64,000 bases of DNA, from positions 2,784,001 to 2,848,000 of the forward strand of contig OY762721.1 in the NCBI GenBank assembly GCA_963666345.1, given 5' to 3'. This stretch comes from Desulfatiglandales bacterium (GTDB lineage: Bacteria; Desulfobacterota; DSM-4660; Desulfatiglandales; Desulfatiglandaceae). Position 1 is the first letter of the stretch, and each line of letters begins with the position of its first letter. The position numbers and the translations under genes are program-made. The notes under the pieces are model-generated. The model made no database searches, had not been told where the DNA came from, and saw only the letters and a list, made by a program, of their open reading frames with translations. Shown here in pieces: positions 60,697-64,000 of this stretch.

Positions 60697-62205
60697 ATGG
60701 AAATCTCTCAAAGTCAAACAGAGTTCCAGGGCCTGCCGTTTAAGTCCGCTTTCAGACCCGAATCGGTCGCCGTTATAGGTGCCTCTCCAACATTTTTAAA
60801 ATGGGGGCACATGATCCTGACCAACATCCTTGCCGGAGGGTATGAGGGCAGGGTGTTTCCCGTAAATCAAAAAGAGGATCTGATTTGCGGACTTTCCGTG
60901 TACAAAGAGATCGGTGATATTCCGGGTGCGGTTGATCTGGCCTTTATTACCATTCCGGCCGGGAAAGTGGCTGCCGCCCTTGAGCAGTGCGGCAGGAAGG
61001 GCGTAAAGGGGATCGTGCTTATTACCTCCGGATTCAGCGAGGCGGATGATGAAGGAAGGCGGCTCGAGGAGCGGATAGTAAAGATCTGCCGGCAATGGAA
61101 CATGCTCCTTATCGGTCCAAACACAATGGGGGTCATACTTCCGCACTCAAAACTCTTTGCAACCGCAACTCATGCAAGGCCGAGAAAGGGATCGGTCGCC
61201 TTTATCTCTCAGTCGGGAAATCTGGGAAATCAGCTTATCCTGTGGGCTCAGCAGCAGGGCATAGGTATTTCAGCTTTCGTGGGCTCCGGCAATGAGGCAA
61301 TGATAAACTGTATAGACTATCTCGAGTATCTTGAAAAAGATCCTTACACCAGGACCATCCTTCTCTATATAGAAAGCGTTGGTGACGGAAGGAAATTTCT
61401 TGAAGCAGCCAGGAGAATTAACAGAAAAAAACCTATTATTGTTCTTAAGGGAGGGCGGACCGAGGCGGGTAACAATGCCGCCGCCTCTCATACAGGCTCA
61501 CTGGGAGGTGAAGCAAACATTACTGAGGCGGCCTTCAGACAGGCCGGAATACTTACTTCCAAAGTTCCCTCCGAGCTGCTTGATTTTTCGATCGGGTTTT
61601 CTTGCCTCCCTCTTCCAAGGGGTAATCGGGTCGGTATCGTAACTCTGGGGGGCGGCTGGGGGGTGGTTACGGCTGACGGGTGCAATGAAAAAGGCCTTGT
61701 TGTCCCTCGTCTGCCCGAGCATATTATAGCAACGATCGGGAAATATCTTCCGTCGTTCTGGAGCAGGGGAAACCCGGTTGATCTTGTGGGCACAAGAGAT
61801 ATCGAGGTCCCTGTCGTGGCGGTTGAGGAACTGCTGAAGTGGGAAGGGATTGATGCGGTCATATGTCTGGGAATAGTAGGCAGGCATGAGCTTGTTCGTC
61901 TTATGATTGATTCGGCCCGAAGGAGCGATGAAAGGGCTGATTCCAAATTTCTGAACCAGGTGGAATCGATCAGCAGCGGATTTGAAAATGACTACATCGA
62001 ACGTGTGACGGAATTAATGGAGAAATATGAAAAACCGGTGATCGGAGTCTCTTTGGCCAGGTCAGACAAGGGCACCATCAGTCGCGTGGAAGGAAAACGG
62101 TACAAAGGAGTTTTTTACCAGACGCCTGAGGATGCGGTAAATGTGCTGGCAGGCATGGTCGGTTATAATTCTTTTTTGAGAAAGCGATCTTTTTACCCCT
62201 TATAG
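60697..62205 (+). CDS. NDP-forming acyl-CoA synthetase alpha-type subunit (CoA-binding)
   Basis: AVIGAS, GPNTMG, SQSG, GSGNEA, ASHTGSL phospho-His, NPVDL. Confidence 0.85.
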   Translation: MEISQSQTEFQGLPFKSAFRPESVAVIGASPTFLKWGHMILTNILAGGYEGRVFPVNQKEDLICGLSVYKEIGDIPGAVDLAFITIPAGKVAAALEQCGRKGVKGIVLITSGFSEADDEGRRLEERIVKICRQWNMLLIGPNTMGVILPHSKLFATATHARPRKGSVAFISQSGNLGNQLILWAQQQGIGISAFVGSGNEAMINCIDYLEYLEKDPYTRTILLYIESVGDGRKFLEAARRINRKKPIIVLKGGRTEAGNNAAASHTGSLGGEANITEAAFRQAGILTSKVPSELLDFSIGFSCLPLPRGNRVGIVTLGGGWGVVTADGCNEKGLVVPRLPEHIIATIGKYLPSFWSRGNPVDLVGTRDIEVPVVAVEELLKWEGIDAVICLGIVGRHELVRLMIDSARRSDERADSKFLNQVESISSGFENDYIERVTELMEKYEKPVIGVSLARSDKGTISRVEGKRYKGVFYQTPEDAVNVLAGMVGYNSFLRKRSFYPL

Positions 62206-62287
62206 GTTACTGAGGGGCACGAACCTGTATGCCGGGCGAAATGGTTATGACATAAAAAATGCTTGACAGATGAAAAAGCTTTCGGCA

Positions 62288-62309
62288 TGGTAAGACCCTG
62301 GTAAGACCA
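62288..62309. promoter_or_regulatory. Tandem GntR/FadR-subfamily-type operator boxes
   Basis: TGGTAAGACC-C-TGGTAAGACCA over the -10/+1 region of a TTGACA promoter (62263); similar boxes at 63308 and 63364. Confidence 0.65.
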
Positions 62310-62433
62310 GCATGAAGAAAATGAACTGTAAAGGGGCCCATTTCCTGCAGACAGGCAGGGGCCTGCGAAAATCTCTGATATTATTAGCCACTATTTATGT
62401 CTTTGATGGAAAAGGAAAAATGAGAGGTTCTAA

Positions 62434-63270
62434 ATGATAATTACCCTTACAACATTGTGTGAAAACACTGCCGTTGCCCCGGGTTTTTTTTCCGAATGGG
62501 GCTGGAGTGTGCTGATTGATATCGATGGAGAGAAGATACTTCTGGATACCGGAGCTGGTCGCTCCGCGATTTCAAATGCCGATAAAATGGGCATAAACCT
62601 TTCGTCAATTCAAAAAATCGTTCTCAGTCATGCCCATGCCGACCATACAGGGGGGCTCAGGGATATGCTCGTAAGGACTGGTGAGGTGGAGGTGATGGCC
62701 CATCCTGCAATCTGGGACAAAAAGTGCAAGATAATAAAGGAGGGCTCGCCGCCGGTCTATAATGGCGTGCCCTTTGCCAGGGAGGAGCTTGAAAAGGCAG
62801 CATCTTTCACCCTTAGCAGTGAGCCGGCAGAGGTCTCAAAATACGTAATTACAACCGGGGAGGTTCCCATGACCACCTCCTTTGAAAAACCTGAGCCCAA
62901 TTTTATGGTCATGAAAGACGGTTCTTTGACCAAGGACACCTTCCCGGATGATCTTGCCCTGATAATCAGGACTGAAAAGGGGCTTGTTATCGTTCTTGGC
63001 TGCGCCCACAGGGGGATGATAAATACGATACTTCATGCGCAGAGGCTTACGGGCGATGAGAGGGTCCATGCGGTAATCGGAGGCACGCATCTTTACCCTA
63101 AGTCAAGGGCCGATGTTGAAAATGCCGTTTATGCCCTGAAGGAAATAGGAGTCGAGAGGGTGGGGGTTTCTCACTGTACCGGTATAGAGGCAGCCATGCT
63201 TCTCAAGGAGGCCTTGGGGGATCGCTTTTTTATTAATAACAGTGGGAATTCTGTATCTATTGAGGCTTAA
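62434..63270 (+). CDS. MBL-fold metallo-hydrolase
   Basis: LDTG, SHAHADHTGG, GCAHRG, GGTH, SHCTG. Confidence 0.9.
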   Translation: MIITLTTLCENTAVAPGFFSEWGWSVLIDIDGEKILLDTGAGRSAISNADKMGINLSSIQKIVLSHAHADHTGGLRDMLVRTGEVEVMAHPAIWDKKCKIIKEGSPPVYNGVPFAREELEKAASFTLSSEPAEVSKYVITTGEVPMTTSFEKPEPNFMVMKDGSLTKDTFPDDLALIIRTEKGLVIVLGCAHRGMINTILHAQRLTGDERVHAVIGGTHLYPKSRADVENAVYALKEIGVERVGVSHCTGIEAAMLLKEALGDRFFINNSGNSVSIEA

Positions 63271-63408
63271 ACAGAACATCAAGAAATGCCTTACATAAAA
63301 AAAGATATGGTAAGGCCGAAATAGACAGGAAAACTGCTGAGGAAGGATTAACCTCATGTCCTATGGTCAGACCGCGGACATACCAGCATTCCAAAGGGGT
63401 ACGTCGAT

Positions 63409-64000
63409 ATGGAGAGAAACAGATCTCCTCTGGCACCTTCGCAAACGAGAATATTTGATAAAATTATCTCCTTTTTCAAAGAGATAATGGAGGCCGGAGA
63501 GCTGATGCCGGGCGACAGGCTTCTGTCCGAAAGAGAACTGTCCTCCAGGCTGGGTGTAAGCCGCGCCAGCTTGAGAGAGGCATTAAGGGCGCTTGAACTG
63601 TTCGGCCTTATCTCGGTTATTCCGGGTCAGGGCTCTTTTATCACACCGCCCAATTTCAAATCCCTATCCTCTGTATTCGAGCTGATGCTGACGCTGAAGC
63701 CCTCGATTTCAGAAAATGTCCTGGAAGTAAGAGTTCTCCTTGAAGTGGAGGCGGTGCGCCTTGCCACTAAGAGGGCGACTCCCGAAGAGTTAGCATTGAT
63801 AAAAGGCGTGCTTGAGAGGATGCCTCCAAGCCTGGACGGGGAGGACTTCGGAGCCCAGTCTGACTTTGAATTTCATAAGGCAATCCTTACTGCTACCCAC
63901 AATGATATCCTCATATTTATTTCAGATACGATTGAAGGACTCCTTAGAAAAAGTCATTACGAACGAAGAATATCCCTTTTTAACATAATCGATGAAAGGG
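63409..64000 (+). CDS. GntR-family (FadR subfamily) regulator, runs off window end
   Basis: Manual translation MERNRSP..GELMPGDRLLSERELSSRLGVSRASLREALRAL..GQGSF; FCD-like DFEFHKAI..ATHN. Confidence 0.9.
   Translation, partial: MERNRSPLAPSQTRIFDKIISFFKEIMEAGELMPGDRLLSERELSSRLGVSRASLREALRALELFGLISVIPGQGSFITPPNFKSLSSVFELMLTLKPSISENVLEVRVLLEVEAVRLATKRATPEELALIKGVLERMPPSLDGEDFGAQSDFEFHKAILTATHNDILIFISDTIEGLLRKSHYERRISLFNIIDER

Overview
Chromosomal window from a sulfate-reducing Desulfobacterota-type bacterium (inferred from dsrTMKJOP, cytochrome c3, Hdr and ETF content). From left to right it holds: the 3' end of an LptD-like gene, uppP, a decayed four-helix-bundle cassette with inverted ends, a divergent PFK, recR-ybaB-dnaX, two tRNA-Ser and tadA. 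Next come an HNH protein, a DUF62 protein and an Fe-S/CCG oxidoreductase with etfBA. These are followed by an unexplained phospho-signalling cluster (PEP-synthase-like dikinase, DSP phosphatase fused to a Cys-cluster domain, response regulator, PAS kinase, orphan PAS protein) and a secreted rhodanese. Then purA, mnmG, sdh/frdCAB, dsrT-dsrMKJOP, ferredoxin and cytochrome c3. A large HdrA/HdrL selenoprotein (in-frame UGA plus SECIS, missed by the ORF track) shares a symmetric bidirectional promoter with hdrCB. A 1570-aa unknown protein with degenerate GlnD-like HD modules ends a fatty-acid-type ABC/acyl-CoA ligase operon controlled by a TetR/FadR regulator. The window closes with a second etfBA, tRNA-Met, small conserved genes, fabD, a radical SAM gene, an acyl-CoA synthetase alpha subunit, an MBL hydrolase and a partial GntR regulator. 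No CRISPR array, prophage, transposase or rRNA was seen. All calls come from reading motifs by eye; no database searches were run.
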